A stretch of 64,000 bases of DNA, from assembly GCA_964016885.1 (NCBI GenBank), contig OZ024750.1:36828001-36892000 (forward strand). Reading direction: 5' to 3'. Position numbers and translations under genes: made by a program. Numbering within the stretch: the stretch's first letter is position 1; the number at the start of each line of letters is the position of its first letter. This document shows positions 39,380-51,798 of this stretch, piece by piece. A model generated the notes under the pieces. That model had not been told where the DNA came from, did no database searches, and was given only the letters and a program-made list of their open reading frames with translations. Source of the stretch: Eledone cirrhosa. Its lineage: Eukaryota.

Positions 39380-39762
39380 AACCTACAGTCAGTAGGCACC
39401 TCTAATAAAAATACACCCCCGGCCCCACTACCCCCACCCCATCCACACCACCCCTTTCAATATAAAGTTATGTTGGTACCACAACATCCAGTCCTAAACA
39501 AATGAGGTCGTGTAGGTGTCACAACAAAAAAACGCTGTAATGTGGCCGTGTAGGTAACACGGTAAAAACCTCCCAGTCCATACTGTAAACGTGGTTGGTG
39601 TTAGGAAGGGCATCCAGCCGTAGAAAACCCGCCAGACAGTCCTATACAAGCAAGACAACCACTCTTGCCTCAAGTGGGAAAACTCCCGTCCAAACCCATG
39701 CAAGCGTGGCAGATGGACGTTAAACGATGATGGTGATGATGATGATGATGATGATGATGATG
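39380..39762 (+). mobile_element. RTE 3' UTR copy
   Basis: Homologous to 12935-13324. Confidence 0.85.
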
Positions 39763-41011
39763 ACAACAAAACACGGGACTTAACTGCAGAGGAACTGGAA
39801 CTCCAATCGATGTCGGGTGTTGGTATGATTGACACAGCATGGGAGAGCTAAAAGAGAGATAAAGTATGGAAGGAATCTGAGGAAGTGTATGGTATGGAAA
39901 GGTATGGACATGTAATTCATGTGGAGGGTGATAGTTGCAGAGTGAGATTTATGGAATTACAATTGTTTCCCCTTTATCACTGCCTTCTCTGCCCCACCTC
40001 ACCCCTCTGAACCTCAACACACCTGCCTTCCCCCCCCCCCCATGACATTACACATTTGTCTCCCCTATCTATTGTCAGTTGCTCGTAGCATCATAGTTAT
40101 CCTCCTTCCTCCCTCCTCCATACATAGTACAATACACCCAGTTCACTCTGTAAAGTGTTTGGTATTACAAAGGATATGCAGCCAGAGAAACTATATCAAA
40201 AAGGGTTGATATGACATTTTAATTCATGACAGGTCATGACACGTGCTGAGACGATGAAAAGTGCCCCCCAGTACACTCTGTAAAATTGTCGCTGGTGGTG
40301 GTGGTGGTAGTGGCGGCTATTTTGTATACACTTTGCTTGGTGGTTGTTGTTGTTGTTGTTGTCTAGCCACAGGTCAGTCCTGATTGAATGAACATATTGT
40401 TGTTTTTTTTTATTTATATTTGAAATAAAATTGGTATATAACTATAAGAAAATATGGCTGCTATTTCTAGCAGATTGAGTGTCCATATAGAGGCTGTTTC
40501 CTTGATTCTCATTGATTATCTAAATATCTACTCTGGTATCTCAAAATAAAATATCCAAATATGTCATCATTGGTTACTTTTTTTAATATTTGTGTCGGTA
40601 GGGCAGTAATCGGTGGAGCGTCAAACAACATACTTTATGGCATTTACAATCTAAGTTCAAATCCTGCTGAGGTTAGCTTTGCCTTTCATCCTTACGGCAT
40701 TGATAAAGTAAAGTACCAGTAATGGACTGAAGGTGATTTAATCGACTGTCTTCCTCTTCCCCAAATTTGTTGGCCTTGTGCCTAAATCAAAAACCAATAT
40801 TTGTGTCTGGTAGATAAGGAAGAATCTGGTAGATAAGAAAGAATTGTTGGTAAAATTACCTAGCAGTATTTGTTTTTGGTTCTTTACTTTCTGGGTTCAA
40901 ATTCTAGAATGGTTTGTCTTTGTCTTTTCATATTTTACCAGTAATATACTTGGCTTAATAGAACTGATACTTAATTTCCCCTCAAATTTGAGGTTTTGTG
41001 CCTCTCTAATA

Positions 41012-41358
41012 ATTCTTCTTCTTCTTCTTCTTCGCCCCCTTATTCCTGAGTGGATCATGGAGGCAGAGTCCTCAAACACTCCTTCCAGCGGGTCCTGTCA
41101 GAAGTGACCATCTCCAACTGTTCCGGCTGGATCTCCAAGCGAGACTAGCCAAGCTCATGGATGTTATCCAACCATCTTGCTTCTGGTCTACCCCTGGGTC
41201 TCCTACTGGTTGGTTTTTGCCTGTAAAATCTGTCCAGCAATTCTTTCCTGAGACATTCTAACCACTTGACCATAGTATCGCAGCTGTAATCTCTCAATCT
41301 CGAGAAGTAGAGGCTCTACCTGGAGTGACTCTCTGACATCCGAGCTATGCACTTTATC
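41012..41358 (-). mobile_element. RTE (Expander-like) 3' end with (GAA)n tail
   Basis: Minus: VRESLQVEPLLLEIERLQLRYYGQVVRM; second copy at 46945-47215. Confidence 0.8.
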
Positions 41359-41570
41359 TGTAATAAATCAATATATAACATTTTTATTTAGCATGATTTT
41401 TAAACATATGTAGACACTATCAATTATTAAAAAAACTGAAATATAACCTTAAAGAAAAAAACTGAAATTAGTTCCACAAAATATAAATCAAACACAATCA
41501 GTTGCATAGCAACATGATTTCTCTAGAAAAATTAGTGACTATGATAATTAACATATCTCATATTGCTTAC

Positions 41571-41685
41571 CTGTAGGAGCCAATGGGTTTAGGAAATGCT
41601 GGGGCACTGATATTGCAAAAAGAAATGTCAATTTTGTAGTCAGTCATTAATATTTTGATGAATGTTGTGTTACAAACATCATTTC
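41571..41685 (-). CDS. Candidate host-gene exon, product uncertain
   Basis: Donor CAG|GTAAGC at 41571; acceptors TTAG| (41685) or TCTTTTTCAG| (41697); open frame NDVCNTTFIKILMTDYKIDISFCNISAPAFPKPIGSY; non-repetitive. Confidence 0.4.
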
Positions 41686-41717
41686 CTAATTATATAACTG
41701 AAAAGATGACAAATTGT

Positions 41718-43420
41718 CAGTATTGTTGCAGTATTGTTGCAGTATTGTTGCAGTATTGTTGCAGTATTATTACAGTATTGTTGCAGTATTATTACAGTAT
41801 TGTTGCAGTATTATTACAGTAGTGTTGCAGTATTGTTGCAGTATTATTGTAGTGTTATTACAGTACTATTACAGTATTGTTGCAGTATTATTGTAGTGTT
41901 ATTACAGTACTATTACAGTATTGTTGCAGTATTATTGTAGTGTTATTACAGTATTGTTGCAGTATTGTTGTAGTGTTATTCTAATATTACTGTAGTGTTA
42001 TTCAGGTATTACTATAGTATTATTGTAATATTACTATAGTATTATTGTAGTATTACTACAGTATTATTGTAGTATTACTGCAGTATTATTGTAATATTAC
42101 TACAGTATTATTGTAGTATTACTACAGTATTATTGTAATATTACTATAGTATTATTGTAGTATTACTACAGTATTATTGTAATATTACTATAGTATTATT
42201 GTAGTATTACTGCAGTATTATTGTAATATTACTATAGTATTATTGTAGTATTACTACAGTATTATTGTAATATTACTACAGTATTATTGTAATATTACTA
42301 TAGTATTATTGTAGTATTACTACAGTATTATTGTAGTATTATTGTAGTATTACTACAGTATTATTGTAGTATTACTGCAGTATTATTGTAATATTACTAT
42401 AGTATTATTGTAGTATTACTGCAGTATTATTGTAATATTACTATAGTATTATTGTAGTATTACTGCAGTATTATTGTAGTATTACTGCAGTATTATTGTA
42501 ATATTACTACAGTATTATTGTAATATTACTGCAGTATTATTGTAGTATTACTACAGTATTATTGTAATATTACTATAGTATTATTGTAGTATTACTACAG
42601 TATTATTGTAGTATTACTGCAGTATTATTGTAGTATTACTACAGTATTATTGTAATATTACTACAGTATTATTGTAATATTACTATAGTATTATTGTAGT
42701 ATTACTGCAGTATTATTGTAGTATTACTACAGTATTATTGTAGTATTACTGCAGTATTATTGTAGTATTACTGCAGTATTATTGTAATATTACTACAGTA
42801 TTATTGTAGTATTACTGCAGTATTATTGTAGTATTACTGCAGTATTATTGTAGTATTACTACAGTATTATTGTAGTATTACTACAGTATTATTGTAGTAT
42901 TACTACAGTATTATTGTAGTATTACTGCAGTATTATTGTAATATTACTATAGTATTATTGTAGTATTACTACAGTATTATTGTAGTATTACTATAGTATT
43001 ATTGTAGTATTACTGCAGTATTATTGTAGTATTACTACAGTATTATTGTAATATTACTATAGTATTATTGTAATATTACTATAGTATTATTGTAGTATTA
43101 CTATAGTATTATTGTAGTATTACTATAGTATTATTGTAATATTACTATAGTATTATTGTAATATTACTATAGTATTATTGTAGTATTACTATAGTATTAT
43201 TGTAGTATTACTATAGTATTATTGTAGTATTACTATAGTATTATTGTAGTATTACTATAGTATTATTGTAGTATTACTATAGTATTATTGTAGTATTACT
43301 ACAGTATTATTGTAATATTACTACAGTATTATTGTAGTATTACTGCAGTATTATTGTAATATTACTATAGTATTATTCTAGTGTTATTACAGTATTGTTG
43401 TAATATTGTTGCCGTATTGT
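41718..43420. repeat. 11/22-bp minisatellite (AGTATTATTGT/AGTATTACTAC)
   Basis: Direct reading. Confidence 0.95.
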
Positions 43421-43756
43421 TCTAACATGTTAGGTTCTAAGTTCAAATCCTGCCAAGAGTGTATTTTTACCTTCATCTTTCTGAAGCTTGATGAAATAAA
43501 GTTCCAGTCCAAGACATTGAATTAGTGGAATTATCAGAGAACTGGACAATTCTTTTTGTGCTACGTACCCATCTTACTGGTGTAGTAAACTTATTTGTAC
43601 CTAAGCAACAAGATGGTGCCTTGTATAAAGTACCCAATCAAAGAAAATGAGAAACAAGCATTGTATCTGTGTTCTCCTACAAAGATTCCATGCCAAACAT
43701 CATCATTACCATTTTACGTCCATTTTTCCATGCTAGCATGGGTTAGACTATAGGAA

Positions 43757-43876
43757 ATGCTTACAGCATCTAGGTTTCCCAAGCGGTCACCCATCTAAGT
43801 ACCAACTAGGCTCGATGTTGCTTAACTTCAGTGTTTGGAAGAGCACGGGTGTTTTCAGCATGATATGGCTGTAAAC
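43757..43876 (-). rRNA. 5S rRNA copy (diverged, probably retroposed or a SINE head)
   Basis: Minus: GTTTACAGCCATATCATGCTGAAAACACC...GAAGTTAAGCAACATCGAGCC...GTACTTAGATGGGTGACCGCTTGGGAAACCTAGATGCTGTAAGC; about 120 nt with A/C boxes; only TTT after it. Confidence 0.9.
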
Positions 43877-43931
43877 TACTAGCGACTTTTCATGGATGTC
43901 CATAGAGTCATTTCTGAACATAATCAGGATG

Positions 43932-44395
43932 TAACAGAATTGAGGGTTATTTATACATCATCTGTAACCTTAGCTATCCATGTTATCGTGTTTAGTTCAT
44001 TATATTAGGAGCATGCAATAGAATTGGGGGTTGTTACACATCATATGTAACCCTAGCTATCCATGTTATCGTGTTTAGTTCATTATATTAGGAGCATGCA
44101 ATAGAATTGGGGGTTGTTACACATCATATGTAACCCTAGCTATCCATGTTATCGTGTTTAGTTCATTATATTAGGAGCATGCAATAGAATTGAGGGTTGT
44201 TACACATCATCTGTAACCCTAGCTATCCATGTTATCGTGTTTAGTTCATTATATTAGGAGCATGCAACAGAATTGGGGGTTGTTACACATCATCTGTAAC
44301 CCTAGCTATCCATGTTATCGTGTTTAGTTCATTATATTAGGAGCATGTAACAGAATTGAGGGTTGTTACACATCATATGTAACCCTAGCTGTCCA
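43932..44395. repeat. 83-bp tandem repeat (about 5.5 copies)
   Basis: TGTTATCGTG recurs at 43981, 44064, 44147...; degenerate extra copy at about 44690-44820. Confidence 0.9.
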
Positions 44396-46349
44396 ATTAT
44401 CATCTTGTTGGACAATAGGCTTTGTGGCATATAGTTATGGCCCTTTACATTTCTGGCCTTGTGCCTAAAGTAGAAATAATTAAATAATTGTTTCTACTTT
44501 TAGGCACAAGGCCAACAATTTTTGAGGAGGGGGAAACTGATTAAATCAACTCCAGTGCTTTACTGGTACTTTATTTTATCAACCCTGTAAGAATGAAAGA
44601 TGAAAGGCAAAGCTAATCTTGGAAGGATTTGAACTCAGAATATAAAGAGCCATAACTCTATGCCAAAAAGCATGTCAGAGGGTATCACAGAACTGGTGTT
44701 TGTTACATATTATATATAAATGCTAACTATCCAGCTATCATGTTCTTTAGTTCATTATATTATGAACATGTAACAGAACTGAGTGGGTGGGTACACATAT
44801 GTGACTCTAGCTATCTAGTTACTTCGTCCATTGTCAGCTCTGATCAAGCAGATCTATGAACAAATAATTTTGTCTCTGATCATTCTAGTGTATCATTTTT
44901 AAGAGTGTGGTATGTGATTTTATAGAAATATGGCTGTTACTTCTAGTAGATTCAAGCAACATGATGGTGTAGGGGACTAATTATTTTTAGTTTGTTGTTG
45001 CTGTGTATAAATTAAACATCTTCCCATCTAGTAAGTCCTGCTTGAGCAAACCTACACCCAGACGTAGCTTTACCAACAATATGTCTAGCTATAGCCATCT
45101 AATCTTTACTGTAGAAAATACTGTTAAAAGATGAAGGAATTTAAAAGTGACACATTTAGTTTTAGTAGCTCGTAGAGATTTAACAGCTGAATAATTCAAT
45201 ATAACATTAATACACTTCTTCTCTTGCCATTATCACCAGATCGTAAAACTACAAAATGAATTATTTTTTTGTTGGTGGTATAATTTGAAGATTCTGTCTT
45301 TGCTGAAATACCAAAGGAATAAAGAAGAGATTGGCTGCTTGAAATCTTTGTCTTCTTCTGCTTGAAATCTTTGTCTTCTTCTGCTTGGAATCTACAAATG
45401 GTTATTTTATGTTTTTCTTTTCTGTATTTCTGATATATTTATCTGCTATTTATCAAACATTATAACAAGTATGCCAAAAGTTGGTATTCCAATTTCCATG
45501 GAGTTGATTGTTGAAAAGATATACTTCCTCTCCTTTTAGGTATAATTGGGACTCAGTCTCTAGTTCAAGCCATGGCGAATATAGCTTTGGTCTGTGCCCA
45601 GCACTCATTGGGTGTTTTGACCATGAACCATAACATACTCCTACTGGGGAGTTAACATTGGTGGCTAAATTACTGCCCAACTTCTAGCTTCCAGATTATC
45701 TCCTATGTCCTGGTCTATAACCAGCATGAGGCTCTTTCTACTGCTTTCTCCCAACCTGCAAGTTGCTGTCTTATCTCTTTTTATCATTCTAATGGCAGTG
45801 AGTATTCTCCATATCAATTGAACTAGACATACCTTGCAGCCCACCTCAACTGGAAATGATATTTTAGATTCATTTCTGCATATGTTACAACAAAAGAAAA
45901 AAGAAAAGGCAATGCTCACACAACACACATGGAAGCCATTTAGATCAAGTGATGTCTGTGTTTGATGCTTTTTTAAGTAATTCTCTGAATAACAGTGACA
46001 GGTATCCAAAAAGAAGAACAGGTTAACATTGCTGGCTGCCAAAAAGTGGCAGGTTTTATATCAGAGTTTTACTTCTTGTAGAATGAGGTCTTAACAAAGT
46101 ATTTTCATGTCCCTGAGCATATATACATTTATATATATCATCATCATCATCATTTAACGTCTATCTTCCATGCTAGCATGGGATAGTATAATTGTAGAAC
46201 ACTGGTGGGTTATGTCCATAGTAGTAGAACACTCAGTCCATGGGATGAGTTTGGTAGAAGTAGTTCCACAACAGTTAGTTCACCATACCGAGAACAAATG
46301 TTTCACCTTATTCGGATCATTTGTTTTTCCTTTTCCGTACAACTTCATA

Positions 46350-46815
46350 TAGGTTTCCCAGAGTTGCAATACGGGGAAATGTGGTCTAGAGTGGGTTTGC
46401 TAGTGTTGCAATACTGGGTTGCAATAATGGGTTTGCCAGAGCTGCAATACTGGGGGAATGTTGCCCAGAGTGGGTTTGCCAGAGTTGCAATAATGGGGAA
46501 ATGTTTCCCAGGATGGGTTTGCCAGAGCTGCAATGCTGGGGAAATGTGGTCTAGATTGGGTTTGCCACAGCTGCAATAATGGGGAAATGTTTCCCAGGAT
46601 GGGTTTGCCAGAGCTGCAATGCTGGGGAAATGTTGTCTAGATTGGGTTTGCCACAGCTGCAATAATGGGGAAATGTTTCCCAGGATGGGTTTGCCAGAGC
46701 TGCAATGCTGGGGAAATGTTGTCTAGATTGGGTTTGCCAGAGCTGCAATACTGGGGGAGTGTTGTCCAGAGTGGGTTTTGCTAGAGTTGCAATGCTGGGT
46801 TAATGCTATCCAGAG
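46350..46815. repeat. About 43-bp G-rich minisatellite
   Basis: GGGTTTGCCAGAGCTGCAAT..GGGGAAATGTT unit. Confidence 0.9.
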
Positions 46816-49800
46816 TTTTTAGGTGGGGTGATTTTCTCTAGACATTGTAGGCCTTATTTATTTTCTATTGAACTTTTGCATCAAAGCAAGGAGTTGCCAA
46901 GGGTAACAAACAGCCTCTTACATTAATTCCTGACTCAGCTGTTCAGTTTCTTCTTCTTCACCCACTTATTCCTGAGAGGGTTGTTGGGGCAGAGTCCCCT
47001 TCAAACACTCCTTCCAGTGGGTCCTATCAAAAGCAACCATCCACAATTGATCTGGCTCGATCCCCAAGCATGACACACCAAGCTCATGGGCATTATCCAA
47101 CCATCTTGCTCAGGATCTAGCCCTGGGTCTCCTGCTAATTGGTTTTTGCTTGTAAAATTTGTCCAGTGATTCTTCCCTAACACATTCTAACCACATGGCC
47201 ATAGTATCGGAGCTGTGAATGTAATTAGTCTTAAAATATAATTATAGAATGGGGAGGAGGAGGGCAGGGTGATTGGGCTCTGGGCCTAGGGTGTGGCGGT
47301 AATGGGTCTGTGGACACGACTGCCTTCCCGCAGACAATAGCCAACGACACTCGCTGCAACAGCCACCCCACCTTATTCTTCTGTGACACTAGAGCCCTTG
47401 CCTTTTCCATTTAAAAAAAAATATTTTCTTATTTTACATTTCATTCTTTCTTCTCAATCTAAATTTTCACATTGATTCTAGAATGCATAAGATTGTCGAG
47501 AAAGGAATGCAGGGCTTTTCATAAAATATACAAAGTTTAATACTCAATGTAATTAGTGTTAAAATATAATTTTTATTTGACAGGACAATCTGTTGAAGGT
47601 TACAGACAATATGTGTGGCTGGAGTAAGGACCCAGCAACAGGAAAAGTGACTCAGTGGTGGAATAGTAGTGTAGATAAAGTCATAGAAAGCTAAGAAACA
47701 GGCCTGAATAAACTGGAATAAACACATGGTCGAGAAGTAAACACCTTAGTCACTTAACCATACTTGTAGCTATATACACACACATATATACACATATATA
47801 CACATATAAACACGCACACATTTAGACACATATAAACACGCACATATATACACACATTTAGACACATATATACACAAATACACACATATATACACATATA
47901 TAGAAACATATATATATACACACATACACAAATATATACTCATACACACACATACATAGATATATACACACATATATACTCATATTTACTTAGATATACA
48001 CACATTCACATATACATGAACACACAAAAGACAGTATGCAAGAAAGAAGAAAAGATGTCGTAATTGAAACAGTGGAAGAAATTCAAATGAGTTTTTATTG
48101 TGAACATTGTAGTTATTAATAACTTAGTGCAGGCAGAGACTAATAACAGGAGTAATAGTAGTAGTCATGGTGGTGGCGGCGGTATTAGCAATAGTAGTAG
48201 CAGTAGTAGTAGCAGCAGCAGTAGTAGCAATACTAGTAGAAGTAGTAGTAGTGGTGGGGAATATGATGAGAAGGGGAATAAGATTCTTATTTATTTTAAT
48301 AAATTTAATTTTTTTTTAGTTGAAGCTAATATGACATACTGTTGTAATTTCTTGAAAGATATGTCAGACTTCTGTTTCAGATTTAAGCATGAAACTTCAA
48401 GTTTTGGTTTTTGTTTTAGATTAAATAAAAAAAGAAGAAAATTTACATCATTTTAAGACAGCAAACAAAAGATGTTATCTACATTTAATCTAATTTTCTT
48501 TACAGATTAGTTTCTGTTGATAGGTTGATGACACTAAAGGGATGCCAATATCTCTTGAATAATAGAGTATTTAAACCTAATGAAAATACAAGCATTTTCT
48601 ATAGAATACTTTGATGAGAATTGAGAATTGAGATTTTCATTTTGATAAACTTCATGCAATTTATTTCAGCTCTGAAACTACTGATTATAGCGTAATTTAA
48701 GAAAATAAATTTAAAATAAAATGAAATAAATAGAAATCTTATTTCACATGAATTTTCCATCGTTTAACATTATTAGGCAAGGAAGGAAACCAAGTTATTT
48801 ATTAGAAAGTTGACCTTTTTTTTCCATGTTAAATAAGAATAAACTTATCCGAAATTATTGCAAATAGTCTATTTCCTTAATGCTGTTCATATTATCAATG
48901 TTTTAAAGAAAATCCCTGCCAGGAATCTAGGAAGTTTGCCAGAGTTAATTTTCAGAGGTATTAACTAGCCAACTTAGTAGGTATTGATGCAATATTCTTT
49001 ATTTCTTCCAATAGCTATAACTAAATAGAAATCAATTGACAAGTTCCCAGACCACTTACCATATGTGGTGGAGCTCTTAAAAAATTCAGACCAAGCAAAC
49101 AATATTTCCATTAGTCTCTTTCCATTGCTGATACTATCTACCGTTAGTCTCTTTCCATTGCTGATACTATCTACTCATGGCAGAAAGAGCAACATGAAAT
49201 AAATTGTCTTGCTCAAGGACATAACGCATTGCTAGGTCCATGAAATTAAACTTGCAACCTCAACCTCATGACTGCAAATCCACTTCTGTAACCACTAAGT
49301 CATCCACCTTCACAAATGCTAATGTCTCATTTTGAAGTGTTACTTATCACATCTAAGTTAAAGGGTCAACGTCTTTTATATTCATTTATTTTGTATTTTA
49401 TTAATTATTTTCCCCGAGTCATTCTCATTTCAACCTACCTCATGTCTCTTATAACTGCTTTTACTGTAAAGAAAAAGAATATTTTATTTGAAATTGCATC
49501 CAATTTTCACTATATTGAAATGTGTAATTGGTAGTAGAGATGATATGAGAGAAAGCTGCAATAAAATTAATAGGTTAAACTGAATGAAATGAACTCAATA
49601 AACATTACTCAGGCTAGATCTCGATAAAGTACAAAAATAGAAAAAGAAACAAATACTAGAGGAATTTCTCAAATTTAAATATACTCTTTGGTACATTTAC
49701 CCTTTCATGACCATATTTCTAATGTAATATGTAGTCTGTTTCGATTAAATTTCAAAATAATCAATAATTTGGAGGAATTTGGTGAAACAAAAAAAAAACA

Positions 49801-50617
49801 TTGCCATTATAAAGCTGATTTTTATGATGAAAACTTCAAAAAAGGTTTTTATATAAAATGATGATAGAAGTCTTTAATTTAAATATAAACACTTTGAAAT
49901 GAGAGATTTTGGATTATAGAACAAAGTATAGAACAGGTTAGTGTCAAAATAACGTTAGAACTGTCAATATTGTGAATAGATTACTTATATGCCCTAATCA
50001 CCTGCACTAGCTGGAATTAAAATGAAAACCTTTTGATGAATACTGCTTGGAGATTCTTGATCTAAGAGGAAATTAGTATTTGTGGAGTGAAGATTTATTT
50101 TATGTAATGTATAAAAGGTTATAAAAGACCATTTAGCTATAAAATCCCTATACATTTTATATCATTTTGTTCATTAAAAGCAATATAAAGTTTACAAAAT
50201 ATATGGCAGTTGTGATGCAGCGAGCTAAATTTGTTTTTAAAAAAGTCTAAATTCTTTTTATTATAATGTAAATTTTAAAATCATCCGAGTTCTATAGTTT
50301 AGGCAAACCTGAAAATGACATTCTCCTGGTTGTTTACCAATTTATTTATATACATTGCTGGAGAAATAAACAGAAAGTTATACACAAACTCCTATTCTGG
50401 GAACCAACTTATGGGTGCTGCAATAGATGAAAACCTGCTTCAACAATCATCCATCAATTCTCAGATGATTCAAATCTCAATAGGGAGCAATTACCAGGAG
50501 CAATGGAAAATTAAGACCTTGTCAGGAATGTTTGACTGTGGTTACAATGATGATGGTCTCTCTATTTATCTATCTATATACATATGTATACATACATACA
50601 AACATACATACATATAT

Positions 50618-51292
50618 CATCATCATCATCATCATCAACGTTTAACGTCCGTGTTCCACGCTTGCATGGGTTTGGACGGGGGTAGTCCCACTTGAGGCAA
50701 GAGTGATTGTCTTGCTCGCATAGGACTGTCTGGCAGGTTTTCTACAGTTGGATGCCCTTCCTAACACCAACCACATTTACAGTGTGGGTCTGGGAGGTTT
50801 TTACCGTGTTGCCTACACGGCCACATTACAGCGTGGACTGTGTGTTTTTTTGTCGTGACACCTACACGATCTCATTTGTTTCGGCCTATGGCGCGGCACC
50901 AACATAACTTTACATAGAACGGGGTGGTGTGGATGGGGTGGGGGTGGTGGTGGTGGGACGGGGTGTATTTTGTTAGAGATGCCTACTGGTTGGAGTAGGT
51001 TTTACTATATATTTAGGTAAGGCGGGTCTTCTCTGTTACTGAGTACCGCCAAAGGTCTCGGTCCAGTGACATTGTCTTGGAGAGGTGTAAGTGTGTGATG
51101 TCGGAGTTTATCAGCTCGTCCCAGGTTTTTCTAGGTCTGCCTATTCCGTGACTACCGTCTATCTTTATTGCCCTGCACTTTGTTATACAGCTATCGACTT
51201 TCATGCGCATCACGTGTCCATACCAACGTAGCCTTCTCTCGAGTAAACAACATCTGATCCCTCTTATCTCTAATTTTTTCCTTAGTTCGTTT
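50618..51292 (-). mobile_element. 5'-truncated RTE copy, nearly identical to 12644-13324
   Basis: Same C-terminal peptide INELRKK...TEKTRLT and 3' UTR. Confidence 0.95.
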
Positions 51293-51340
<48 letters not shown>

Positions 51341-51375
51341 GTATGTATACATATGCATATAGATAGATAGAGAGA

Positions 51376-51777
51376 TGACCCCTTAGCCTTTGTCAAGGCA
51401 GAATTCTAGGAGAAGGAAAACTCTGATATAACACCTGCAACCCTGATGGTATCCAATGATGTTAACTTGTTCTTCTTTTTGGTAAATATCATCTTGGTTA
51501 AGAGAGTGGGACTGGCTTTGTGCAGTGCCTTTGCTCACTATAAAAGCTTCACGGCACAGGCATTGCTTTATATCGGGAGATCTCTCTGCACTTGTCATCA
51601 CATGGTACCATGGGCCCAGCACTATGTGTCAATAATTGTCACAAGTGTAGTGTTTGTACCAGAGTTTTCAAGTCGCTGGCTGGACTAAAAAGTCACACTC
51701 GTTCAGCCCATCGGTAGGGGTTCTCCTACATGGATATAAAGTAGTGGCCGTACTCGGAAACGAGTTGGCAGCCACCA
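51376..51777 (+). mobile_element. Short internally deleted RTE derivative (5' UTR joined to 3' end)
   Basis: CTAGGAGAAGGAAAACTCTGA RTE 5' UTR motif, then HKCSVCTRVFKSLAGLKSHTRSAHR* C2H2 finger typical of some RTE C-termini. Confidence 0.7.
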
Positions 51778-51798
51778 TATATATATATATATATATAT

